Of a DNA stretch of 64,000 nt, positions 13,301-25,446 are shown one piece after another. Made by a program: the position numbers and the translations under genes. The notes under the pieces were generated by a model. The model was given only the letters and a program-made list of their open reading frames with translations. It made no database searches and was not told where the DNA came from. The first letter of the stretch is position 1. Every line of letters begins with the position of its first letter. The stretch covers positions 7,316,001-7,380,000 of the forward strand of contig CM102286.1 of NCBI GenBank assembly GCA_046563655.1. The letters are read 5' to 3'. Source of the DNA: Yuukianura sp. NJ FZ-2021. Its lineage: Eukaryota.

Positions 13301-16300
13301 GAAAGAAGAAGAAAAAGAAAAAATGGGGTTTCCAACACTGCCACACCCACGACCAATTCAAGAGTTGAACTTTCCTACAACCACAAATTGAAGGAAAAAC
13401 AGGACTTTAAGACCATGACATTATGCATATGGATTCAGACGGAAGAGGGAGGAGGGGGCCTAAAGCCAGTAGTGCTTAAGTGCCACTCGCTACTTGAACT
13501 TTTGGCTCATTTAACTCCGACATTTGCATTTTCCCGCTTAAACTGAAACTGGAAAACCTAAATGGGAGGTTTAATTCGTCTTAAGTGAAAGTGGAATTTA
13601 ATTGCACCGCGCTTTCTAATTTATTTAACTTCATTCAGTTTCATTCGAGAGAAAGGAAAAAAAGAACTTTAAAGCTAATGCCCCAAATGCTGTTTCATGT
13701 GTTGTTTAATTTAAGGCGATTAGAAAAAATTCAAAAAACATGGAATTTTTTTTAAAATTTGTATAAACTTTGCTTAGATTTAAGTTAATTCAGAAAACTT
13801 TTTTCAAGGTTTTTGAAAATGGCCATCTTTGACTTAAGTCAAAACGATATTTGGGTTTTTTTTAAATGTTAGTTTTACGTGTTTTCAATTTTTATTTACA
13901 TGTAACTGCTGCGTTACATGTAACTCTTTACAACTTTTCTTTGAAAGAAACTTTGCTGTGCACAGGTTGAAATTTATGCAGCGTTGCGTTTTATCCCAAT
14001 GGAATTTAGTACAATGCGAATGATATGAAAGTCGACGTTGTCTCTGGTGTCATGTTTTGCAAATCTTGAAGCGTCAGAATCACAATGAAAAACTTTCTTC
14101 TTTCTTCCGTTGAAAGTGTGATGCATAATGCATCTCTGCTGTTCACTTCTACTCCTTTTTTCAAACTTGTCATTTTCATAGTTTCTATGATTGAAGCTAT
14201 GGTAAGGAAGGGAGGTGACATTGCCAGCAATTGTCTACCTTCTCAAAATTTGTTTCACGCTTTCCATAACGCCAGTCGGCTGCTCAGCGCCAGATAAAGA
14301 GTCTCAGAAGGCTCATGTAAGGAAATTCAAAAAATGGCGCCTATTTATAACTCTCTAGTTCCTGTTTGTCTTCCCTGACGCCTCCAGAAGAAAAGGTGGA
14401 GCTGAGTGGGTGTAAGTGTGCAAGAAATGAAATCGTCGGTAATTTAAAAATCTCTTTAAATTGGAGACGTGTCTTTTTCCGGGCTTTAACACAACTTACC
14501 TCACCTGTCAACGTCAAGCAGAACACGTTAGGGACTTTACCTCGCACAAAGTTGGGCGTGTATGCTGCGTTTTCACCAATTTTGAACGGCGACACTGACA
14601 CTGACACGACACTGTCACGCCACGGATTTGAAACTGGCGTGAAAACCATTTATTTCATAAGTGTTTCAAACGAATTAAATTCAAATCCGCTAAAACCTGG
14701 ATAATCACAAAAAAAAATGGTTCAACATTTTTTACCAAAATAACTTATTATCAAACTTTCACTTTTTCAATTTCAGAGTTGGTGAAGATGGTGACTGGGA
14801 AAAAACGCCTGGAATTGTTACAGAAAATAATCGTACAACCCATCAAATCACTGGACTTGACCCATTCGTTGTCTACAGCTTTCAAATTGTCGCGGTCAAC
14901 GCACTGGGTCAAAGTCCACCCAGCAAGGAGTCGTATTACATCGTCACTCTTAGAGAAGGTAAAAAGTCTTGACTTTTGAACTCTTACTTAACCACCGCAT
15001 AACCTTTGACGTTAAAATTTTCACGCTTGACCAATGAATGACTCATAAAAATTTGTTCTGGAAATTTTGCATTTTCTAAATTCTATTTGAAATGAATCAT
15101 CATTTATTGGAACCTTGCAAAAACTTTTTTTAAACGAACGGCATAAAGTTTGATAAGTAGTTTCTGTGGAGAAAACCAGCGCCCGAATCTAGTTTAGAAC
15201 TTTGTACACTTTGGTAGTTTTTGGAAAAACTTCAGTTCCAGTTACACTCTAGCAAGAATCAAAGTGTAGTAAAGTGTTCCAAAATTATTATAGGTTATAA
15301 ATATAAAGACTTCCCTCCAAAGAACCTCCGCTTTCTCCTTTCTCACTAAAAGTTTAATCTGGGAGGCTTCTGGAGAGAAAACGCTCTTGAACAATAGACT
15401 TCCAACGCCAACTTCCAAAAAGGAAAAGACAAAGGCTTGTGGTGGTGATGGTGGTGGGCATTGTTAGTCCCACCATCTTCTTACCCAAAAGGAAGCTCTG
15501 CGAAATGGTGGGGCAATTCTGGTGGGTCCATTTCTAGTTCCAGATAGTTCTCCTAATAAGGTCCCTTGGAAGGATAATGAATGGGACAAGTTGGGCCATA
15601 ACCAGTTGCCTTTTTTGTTTCTGTTCCTACCACGTTCCAGTGATCTTAGCACTACGGTGTGTACTAAAGAACGCTACTGCAGCAGGGGAATAATAATCCG
15701 AGGGAAGAAAAATATGAGAACTTTCTCCAGAAATTTTCTAAAGCACGAGCAAAAAATTTCGTTTTTTATGTTTTTGGAGAGAACACTTTAAGGATCTTGA
15801 TCACAAGTTGGAAAAAAAGAGGGGAGCCTTTTTACGTTGCTTTGGAACGTGAGCATAAAGTATCTTGTCGAGGATATTAACTTTCAGATTTTTTCATTTG
15901 TTTTAGAAAATGTTACAAGTTGCCCAAGATGTTTTTTGCTTAGTTTCATTTCAGAAATTCAATATTTCTGGAAAGGAAGCTGGAAATTTTTGAAAAATGA
16001 AATCGAAAAAGTCGAATTGAGTAAATTCATAACTTGGTTTCACCTGAAGAGAAAGACGTAGTGTATCAAAAGGAGACAATTTTCTAATAAAAAGTTAGTC
16101 ATCTAATGACACCATTTTCTCAAGAGAAACTAACTTTTCCTTTCATGTTTCACAAATTCTGGAGGGAGTAACTATGAAAAGACCCAGCAAAACTCCAATA
16201 AGTTTAATTAAGTCTCGACGACCAAAAGATGAAGTGGAGAAAGTATGAATAGGACGAACGAGGATGATGATGAATTCGTGCTGGTAGAGGTCAAAAGATT

Positions 16301-19300
16301 CTTGTTTTGCGTGGGTCATAAGGGAAGTAACTAAGGAACTGAAAACACAAGCGATGGCCCTAGCTAAAGTCAGAAGGGAGTAACTATAGTGGAAGATATT
16401 TCTAACTTATTAAAAGAGGGAGTTCATTTGTCGCCTCGATGGGTGATGACGAGATTAGGATCCTTGGCGCGCGATAATTCAAAAGTTTTTTTGTGTTCGT
16501 GGAGAAAGTGAACACGTTAGGGTAGTAGCCTAACCTAACGCATAACGTAAATTAAAAGGGAGAAAGTGACTGGCGGAAATTGGAGGGGCATCCGGTAGAG
16601 AAAGTTGGCCAAAGAAAGTTCTAGGGATGGAACTTTCTTCTTTATGAGAAACTAGGGCAACGAAGCGTGTGATTGACTAATTCACAGAAACCTATGACAC
16701 CCCATACTTTCCCCTAACTTAGTAATCAAACCTCTCCGTAAATCAAAGTATTAGTCCACACCTAAACCTTATCCTAACTTCACGTTGTATGTGAAAGTAC
16801 ATCTTTCGCGCAAAAGCACTTTGTGTTTAAAACGCCAAAAATCCAAATTCTAAAGAAAATGTTTTTTTTTGAAACGCAGTACCGGATGGAAAACCAACAA
16901 TTACAAATGCGCAGAACGCAAGCGCAACATCAATTCGTCTCACATGGCGTCCACCGCCACGGAACACTTTGCATGGGGAGTTTCTTGGATATCGTCTGGC
17001 CTTCCGCCCAAGAGACCGCGGACCGACGTCAATTCAAGAAATTTACATACGAGATCCACATGCCGAGGTGATAATTGATTACCTTGTTAGGCAAAATTGA
17101 TTGAATTCAAAATTTTGAACTTTTTTATTTTATTTTACAGACTTTTACAATTCAGAATCTGCTAACATTCACTCAGTACTTGGTTTCACTTCAAGTGTTC
17201 AATCCCGAAGGACTCGGACCCCCAACTACTGTGGCCGTCATCACAGATGAAGGAGGTAAGAACGTGAAAGTCTCCATTTCAAAAACCGCTGCCAATTTTC
17301 TTCTCCCCTGCTTTCTTTTTTTGAAACCAAACTCAAAGGGCGGGAACTTGACAGGGGGAGAGTCAAAGTCGAACGGTTTTCAAAGTGTCGAAGAAAGGAG
17401 TTGAGGTCGACAGGGTGACATTTGACACACCACACCCTACAACTTAACTTTCTTTTCAAAGAAAAAAATAGTGGTCAAGTGTGACATGTCAATGGTGACT
17501 CATTGAAAAGAAATAGCGCCAATCTTCAAAAAGAAAGAAACGACAAACTGTTCACACAAATTTTCACGGCGCGCGCAAAATTTATCTACGACGGTTATTG
17601 ATTTAATTCTCTATTTCTTCTTGCACATTCATTAATGGATTTTCCTTCCTTATTAATAAAAAACTCTAACTAAAACCTTTCTCGAAAAAAAAATCGAAGA
17701 AAGCATTGCACTCAAGCTTCATCATTTATGCATAACGTTTCTGAAGCAGAGATCGTCATTTGAAAATGTTTCCGAAAAAAGAAAATGTTCCTTCATAAAA
17801 GTTTTACTTTCCCTGCCACTCATCCAAAAGTCAAACGGAATTTCAATGTCATGAAGAATTGACGTAACATGTATCTTGCATTTAACCTGGCCTGAACATT
17901 CTTTTAAGTTATGTTACGTTAAAGTTTACATTTGGCAAGCCTATATGTTAGATTTGCAAAACCTGACATGACACAGAACATCACTTGAAAGAGAAACTTT
18001 TTCTTCTGATATCTCAATTCCAAAAAGTGGGTAAAATGAAACGTTCCTTCTAGAGTTTTGAGCCTTTGTTGTCAAATTCTTTGATGTCTGTGGATGTACG
18101 ATTTTTTTGAGTTCAGACTTTAAAGGTTAAAAGAACTTTTAAAAAAGGTTAACTGATTTGAATTGATTCTTTTATATACTAGCCTAGTTTTCATTTTTGG
18201 ATGATTTGCTAATGTATATGCGCTTTAATTGAACTTGAGCTTCGTTAGCTTTGTTTTTTTTTTTTTGTGAATTGTTGTTGGCGTAAATCCAATCTTTTCT
18301 AAAAACTACTTTCACTCTGCTCTCCTGTCAGTCCCAGGCCTTGCAACATTAGAGCCCATCTAGTAACTTGGAACTGACATAAGAGATCTGTTCGTTTAGG
18401 AAAATGAAACGAAACTAGGTACCGTTTCAGCAAAAGTCAAACCGGTACGAAATTTCAGCTGCAGTTGCACCGTGACATAAAAAATGGAAAAAATTATGAA
18501 CAGCTTTAGCTTTAATTTGGAGCCTTCATGTTTCGATTCCCCTTCTCACTTTGTTGCCTCAAAACCGACAAAAGTTCCGACTAATTTCGGTTCGTTTGGT
18601 TTCACAACCGGCGCACAGGTTACCGGTTCCTTAATTTATCACAAAAGAAGCCCTTCTGTTCTAAATGCTAGTCTGTGCGTGTCCCTACGGAGGAATTGTC
18701 GTCCCTTGATATCATCTCCAGAAGTCCTAAAAAGTCCTTCTTTCTCTTCTCTAAATCAAGAGCTCTTGTCTACTACCTCCTTTCCTTTCCCTTCAAAATC
18801 AATTTCCTACAGTTTTTTAAGTTCTCTGTTCTTTTTCCTGGAGGATGATGTTCCAGGTCCACAGTGTTTCTCTTTGCCCCAAGTGAAGTCACAGGAAGAG
18901 TTATAGGATCTTCCCATACTACTACCCATCTGCTGTCACTTTTTCTCCATCTGCTGAGGTCATTTATGTATTCGGAAGACGCAGTCTTCTGGGTCAAAAA
19001 CCTTGCTCAGGAGACATACATTTTGGCGGGAGAATCCGAAGCTAACTTCATTAGGAATCAAGACACTCTGGAACCTCCTTGACTATCTGATCCTCCTCAT
19101 GAACCCTCCACTTTTCAAAGCATTTTTCATTTCAGAACAAGCGCTTTTCATTTCTACTTCAAATTCCAAAAAAAGAAAGTTCTCAAAAATGGTCTTCAAA
19201 CTTTTCCTGATAGCGAAAAAATTTTTTTTTAAACAATTAATTTGTCCTTTTTTCTGAAAAGAGTAAGACACTGGCTATCTACTTTTGCATGTTGCTTTGT

Positions 19301-22300
19301 AATTTTTGTTACATGATGGATGATATTTTTTACTTTTTCAAGATTTTGAAAATTGGAATTTCAAAGCTGGTTTTACTGAATTCTGTTAAGTAGTTTGATG
19401 TATTTACAAGTACTGCTTGAAGCTCGAAGTCAAAAATATGACCTCAAATATTTGTTAGGTTAATTTTCGTCATATTAGGTTAAAGTCATCAAACGGAGAA
19501 GTAAAGGGTGGTAGTGCGTATCGTTTACGTAATTTGAAAAAGGCGGGAAGAAAGTTAGAGAATGAGTTTGCGACATGTTACGGATATGAGCTCATCACTT
19601 TCCAGTCCCTCCTACGTCTTTAACTTGTCTACTTTTAAAACGAAGGGAAATGAGCCTCTTTTCTCTTTCTCGCTAATAAATGGAAACTACTTTCTTTCTT
19701 TTTTTTTTTTTGAAAATCTGTCCCGAAAGACGGGGGGTAATGGGGTCATAACCTTAAAGGAAAGATCCATTAACACTAAACGGACTCATTTTCAAATGAC
19801 CTGCCGCTCCCGCCTCCCCGTTTTTCCTGCTTACGCGAACAGATTTGAGTTTAAACGGCCATCTCCAAAAAGATTTTAACTTAATTAACTTAATTTTGAC
19901 CTTTGACCTTTCATTTATCCAGTTCCTAGTAAACCGCTGAATGCCACTGCTCGGTGGGTCACTGACTCCATGATGGATTTGGCATGGGAACTGCCTGCAA
20001 ATCCAAACGGAAAGCTTGAAGGCTACCGAATTTTCTACATGCAAAGAAATTTTACGGATGTTGTCACAGTCAAACCGGCTCCGGTCAACCTAACTTTCAC
20101 TTTACATAATTTGGGTAATGATTCTTAAAAATTTGACATGTGTTGGAATTGTATGGTGTACGAACTTTTTTTTACTTTGATTAAACAGAGTCGTACACAG
20201 AGTACAAGATTTGGATTAAAGCTTTCACTTGGAAAAATGAAGGAGAGTCGTCGGATGCGATTGTGGTGAAAACAGACGTTGGCGGTCCAACTGCTCCAAG
20301 CTTGTTCAATGTCTCATGTCAAGCCGAAGACGCCCTCTACATTCAATGGCAGAAACCAAACAAGAAAAATAACGCTTCTGTGGACTTCTACTACGTCGAT
20401 TATCGACGCGATGATTGGTTGGAATTCGAAGAACTCACGGTCACCGCCCATTTGGACCAATCGGATCAAAGTGTACGTCCAGCATAACAAAAACCAAAAG
20501 CAAAGCGTGAAAAACATTTTTTCATATACGGATTGTCTCAGTTTGCCAATTTCGAACAAAAATTGTAAAAATTGAAGAAATTTTTGAAAATTGTTCCTGT
20601 TTTAATTCTTGTAGATTCTGCTTCAGAACTTGACGCTGAACGTGGTTTACGAAGTGCGAGTTCGCGGCGGAACGCGTAGTGTTTTGGAACCCGGGAAAGT
20701 ATACAAAGGTCAATTTTCAGATTCCCGCAAAATTCAAATGGAACCGAATTGTGAGAAAACGCGCGTCTACACGCTACCGCAAGCCGCCCACGAGTTCACA
20801 CCAACCCTAGTGTTTATTTCCATCGGAGCTTCCGTATCTCTCCTCCTATTTCTCGTCGTCCTTCTGGTTTGGCGGTAAGGAGCGAAAATTCAAAATTTAA
20901 TTAACGCAAAAAGGCTCAGAGGAACTTGCGGGATTAATCTACTCCGTACAGACCTCGGTAGCCACTGGGATCCAAAAGCAAAACCTTCGTCTGCTGCCCA
21001 TTAATTTCCGTTTCTGTTTACGTTTTGGACAGGAGATGCCTGGGGGGAAGGTACTACTACTTGAATGACCCGCCACGAATTCCCACAGTCTGTACTGGAA
21101 CAGGCTGGAATGGTGACCTCTCTGAGGAAATGAAACAGGCAATTCCCGCTCACTTATTTTCAAAACATGTAGCTGAACTACACGCAGACGGAGACATTGG
21201 ATTCTCCAAGGAGTATGAAGCCTTCCAGACAGTTGCTGTAACTGATGACTATCCGGCTGAACACTCTCAGCATCCCGAAAATCAACAAAAGAATCGCTAC
21301 TTGAACATTTTGGCATTTGACCATACGAGGGTTCGTCTTCAACCGATGCCTGGGCAGAAGAAGTGTGTAGACTACGTCAATGCAAATTTCATCGATGGAT
21401 TTAGAAAACCAAGGGCCTACATAGGAACACAGGGTCCACTGCCATCAACATTCGACACTTTTTGGCGCATGGTGTGGGAACACAATGTCCACATCATTGT
21501 CATGATTACAAACTTGGTGGAGCGTGGGCGGGTAAGAAATGGATACTTTGAAATTTCTTTTCTGTTTTTTTTTCTAAGCCGACATTTCAAGTCTTTTTTT
21601 CTTTTTGTCTTCGCCATTTCAAACCAGAAGTTTTAAATTTTTCCAATCAATCCTTAAACGACAATTCACTTTCTTTAATAAACTTAAACTTTATGCATCA
21701 AACTTTTTTTACAACGTTTAATTTGCAACACAAGTTTAAAATTTCAAAAACGAAGTAGATATGGCGATATGGCATCCGAAATGAACCTAGTTTTTGGATT
21801 TGTGATTTTGCTAGAATGCTGTGTTAAACTAAGGCTTTTGTTAGGTGTGAGAAAGTAAAGGAGCGGGAAATTTTGAAAAACAAGGAAAATTGTGCCTTTA
21901 TGAGACGTAGTCAATATATAGGCATAGACAGTAAAAACAACTAATCTGTCACTTCCTTACCACGTTTTCTTCGAAGCAGAGAAAGTTTTTGCTTTCTCTA
22001 TATTTTCTGTATTCCAAATAGAATTTGGTTAGAGCTTAGAGTGAGCCAGGGGGAAAGGAATAAAAGAAGGATTTATGAATCTGCCACAAACATTTTGTCA
22101 ACCACGAGCTTTTTATTCAGACCAAGGTTAGGCTGGGTTTTTTTTCAGGCTAGGTTTTTCTTTCACAAAAATTTTTCCCTGGGAACTTTTTGTTTTCTGA
22201 ATTTTACATTTTATGAAGCTTTTAGTTTTCTTGCCCTGACTTTCAATTCTGTCACCTCCTCTATTTCTTTTGTTTATTTTATCAACGGAGCAGTACAATC

Positions 22301-24578
22301 AAGGTTGCATTGGTTTGAGCAATGACACTTTTTATTTATGTTTCGACAGAAGAAGTGCGATATGTACTGGCCAAAAGAAGGACAAGAGACTTACGGGGTC
22401 ATTCAGGTCAAGCTGGTCAAGGAAGATGTCATGGCTACCTATACAGTTCGGACACTGCAGCTAAGACATTTGAAGGTACAGTCGGGATCAATTCTCTTTT
22501 AGAACAAAATTAGAATGTTTTTTTTTCAAATTTTAGTTTAATTTTAAAATTTTAGCTAAAGAAGAGAAAGTCGTCCACAATCGAACGCACAATTTACCAG
22601 TATCACTACACGAGTTGGCCTGATCATGGCACTCCCTCTCATCCATTGCCAGTCCTAAGCTTTGTCAAGAAATCTTCAGAAGCAAACCCACCTGAAGGTG
22701 GGCCAATCATAGTCCACTGCAGGTAAAGTTTGACCTTTGACCTTAACAGAAGCAAATATTTAATGAGGTCAATCACTTCTGATGTTTTCGCAGTGCTGGA
22801 GTGGGTCGAACTGGGACTTACATAGTTCTAGATGCAATGCTAAGACAAATCAAAGTACGTGGAGATTTAAATATTTTTGGATTTCTGCACCACATTAGAG
22901 CTCAAAGAAATTTTCTTGTCCAGACAGAAGAACAATACGTTTTGTAAGTCTAATTTTTAAACAAAACAAAAATTTTCATAAAATCGTTTTCTTAAAAAAA
23001 CTTTATTTTTTTTTTTTCAAATTTTCTGTTTTCAGTATCCACGATGCCCTGCAGGAAGCAATTCAATGGTAAGGCTTTCCGTCTCTTACCACGAATGGGA
23101 TTTTTTTTCCAACGTCGTAACTTATGTTAACTAACCAAACCTAATTGACTTGAAATTTAATAATTTTTTCAGTGGAGAAACAAATATCAGTCGGTCCTAT
23201 TTTTCACGCTACATTCATACACTTCTGTCGGGAAGCTACGCTGACGAAAAATGCTCCGTGATGAGTCTACTTGAGTATCAGTACAAGGCAAGTAGAAGTT
23301 TCGAAAAAAAAAATCAAATTACGAGAATTTTTTCAATTTTTTCTAATATTTAAAAAAAAATGTTATTTCATATTTCCAGCTTGTGACACAGTTTGCTCCC
23401 AAAGAGAATCAACTTGCCTCCGCCCTTAAAGTTTACAACTTAACTAAAAATCGTAACTTGGACTGCATATGTACAGACGCTTACCGTGTAATTCTCACAC
23501 CAAAATCCGGACTAGAAGGAAGTGACTACGTCAATGCCACTTTTCTACCAGGTAAAAAAGTTCAAATTTTAAAAATTCCAAATAGCAATTTTTTTCAAAT
23601 TCAAAGTTTTTTTTTGTCCTAGGATTTGAAAGACTCCATGAATTTATTCTGACTCAACATCCAATGGACACTACAGTGGGCGACTTCTGGCAAATGCTTT
23701 GGGATCACAATACACAAATGGTTGTCGTTCTGTCAGCAGCAGATGAGGAAGACTTCCCCATCTTTTGGCCAGGATATGACGATGACCTTGACCTTGGCAC
23801 TTTCCGGGTCAAGTTGGTCCAGGAATCAGACCGAGTTGGTTACGTTCTGCGTGACTTTTCACTCCAGTCGTTGAAAGATGATTTTGAAATGAGCGTTAAA
23901 ATGATCCAATCCTCCCATTGGCCATACCACTGTTCCCTCTCCATTGCTTCCGTCTTTGACTTGGTTCAAATTGTTCAAGACTCCACGGCTTCTGCGTATT
24001 CTGGTCCATGTGCAGTAGTTGACAGGTTAGAATTCAACAAGTTTGTACAAAAATTTATACTTTACCGTGCTAAAATTTTGTCGTTGCTGTGTACAGGTTT
24101 GGTGGTTTGGAAGGAGCTACCTTTTGTGTCCTAACAACTCTGTTCAAACAACTAAATGCCGAAAGTTACATCGACCTTTACATGTATTCCAAGCTGTATC
24201 ACGAGCAGCGTCCCGGTATTTGGAAATCTCCGGTAGGTGTATATGATTGCATTTTGCTTTAAAAAATTTAACGAAATTTTGAAAAACCATTCTTTAACTT
24301 TTCAGGACGATTACTTGTTTCTGTACCGATGTATGGAGAGCATTTTGAATCGAAATTCGAGTGATAGTTGTGATGTCATGGGTAGTCCACATAGTCCATC
24401 TTCTTTTCATCCACCAATAGGAATCGTTGAAACGATTACCCTAACATGTCCACCAGTAACGACACAACTCAATGGTAGAGTTCCTCATTACATCGGTAAT
24501 GGAACAGGCAATGGCAACGGTATTCTGAGAGCAGCTCCTGACGGAATGGAGTCCAGGCACAACGATCCAATTGTTTAA
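7324..24578 (+). CDS. Ptp99A: Receptor protein tyrosine phosphatase, Ptp99A/PTPRG-like (4 FN3 repeats, TM, active D1, inactive D2); 5' signal-peptide exon not identified
   Basis: Phase-compatible exons: 7324-7447, 14777-14958, 16880-17067, 17141-17255, 19923-20114, 20189-20472, 20615-20874, 21033-21531, 22350-22475, 22556-22722, 22794-22943, 23036-23068, 23173-23287, 23380-23551, 23623-24025, 24097-24232, 24306-24578. FN3 starts [49 protein letters not shown]1 motifs [47 protein letters not shown]2 has VVDRFGG (Cys replaced by Asp); [18 protein letters not shown] resembles Ptp99A. Confidence 0.93.
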
Positions 24579-25446
24579 GAAAACCAATCAACGCGCCATT
24601 TTTGAAAAAGATCTCCCGCAACTGTGATACCTTCTTGAGTTATGTCTATACAAAAACTGCTTTTCATAAAAAAATAACCCACTTTTGTATAATTGTCTTG
24701 TCTATGTGTCCCCAGCAATATGCATTTTTTAGTTTTTGAATCGAAATTTCGAATATTTGGTTGTAGTTTGTTATCATTGAACAACGAATGGAGTATGTGC
24801 AGAGTTAAACCGCCGCCCAAAGATATGTGAAGTTTTTCGGCCTATAATTTCGGCTGTTCCGGCCTAATTTAAGTAACTCTCTGACAAAATTAACAAAATG
24901 TTGTTTCGTTTTGTGCTTGGATTTTATTTTTCGGTTTAAGAAAATTTCTTTGGAAAGCTGTTAATGTCCAACCAAGATTTTGTTTTAATCCAATGACATG
25001 GAGCTTTCAAATCATCTACATTATATAAAAAAAATATTCGTATAAAATTTAATTATAAAAAAAAATTGAACAGCCGATTTGTAGTTAAGTTGTGTGTAAT
25101 AAAGGAATAACTATATATAAATAAATTACGTGTTCTGAAGCAATAAAACCAAACTTTTGTTTCGCAAAAGTTTTGACCTCAAGTGACCTCTGTCTTTTGA
25201 GTAATTTCAACAGTTCTTTAAAACATATGACCAATATAAAACTGTTATTCTATTAAATAATTCGGAATTATAGCTCAATTTAAAATTAATTCGGATGTTT
25301 AATTCCATATTATGTAACAATTGCAATATTAATTTTATTAAAGTAAAAGTAAACGAAATGAATAATACTCTCTTCGTGGTCATAAGGAACGTTCGTGGCG
25401 TCACTAAAAACCGGGCAAAATATTGCGGGAAAGGGTCAAATCATTT

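Noticed and set aside
1..19900. Many 60-150 aa ORFs in the Ptp99A upstream region and large introns
   Set aside because: Phe/Lys/Leu-rich translations of A/T runs, mostly non-ATG starts, no motifs or splice support.
24016..24110. Cys-to-Asp change in the second phosphatase domain
   Set aside because: Expected for Ptp99A/PTPRG/PTPRZ-type D2 domains; not novel.
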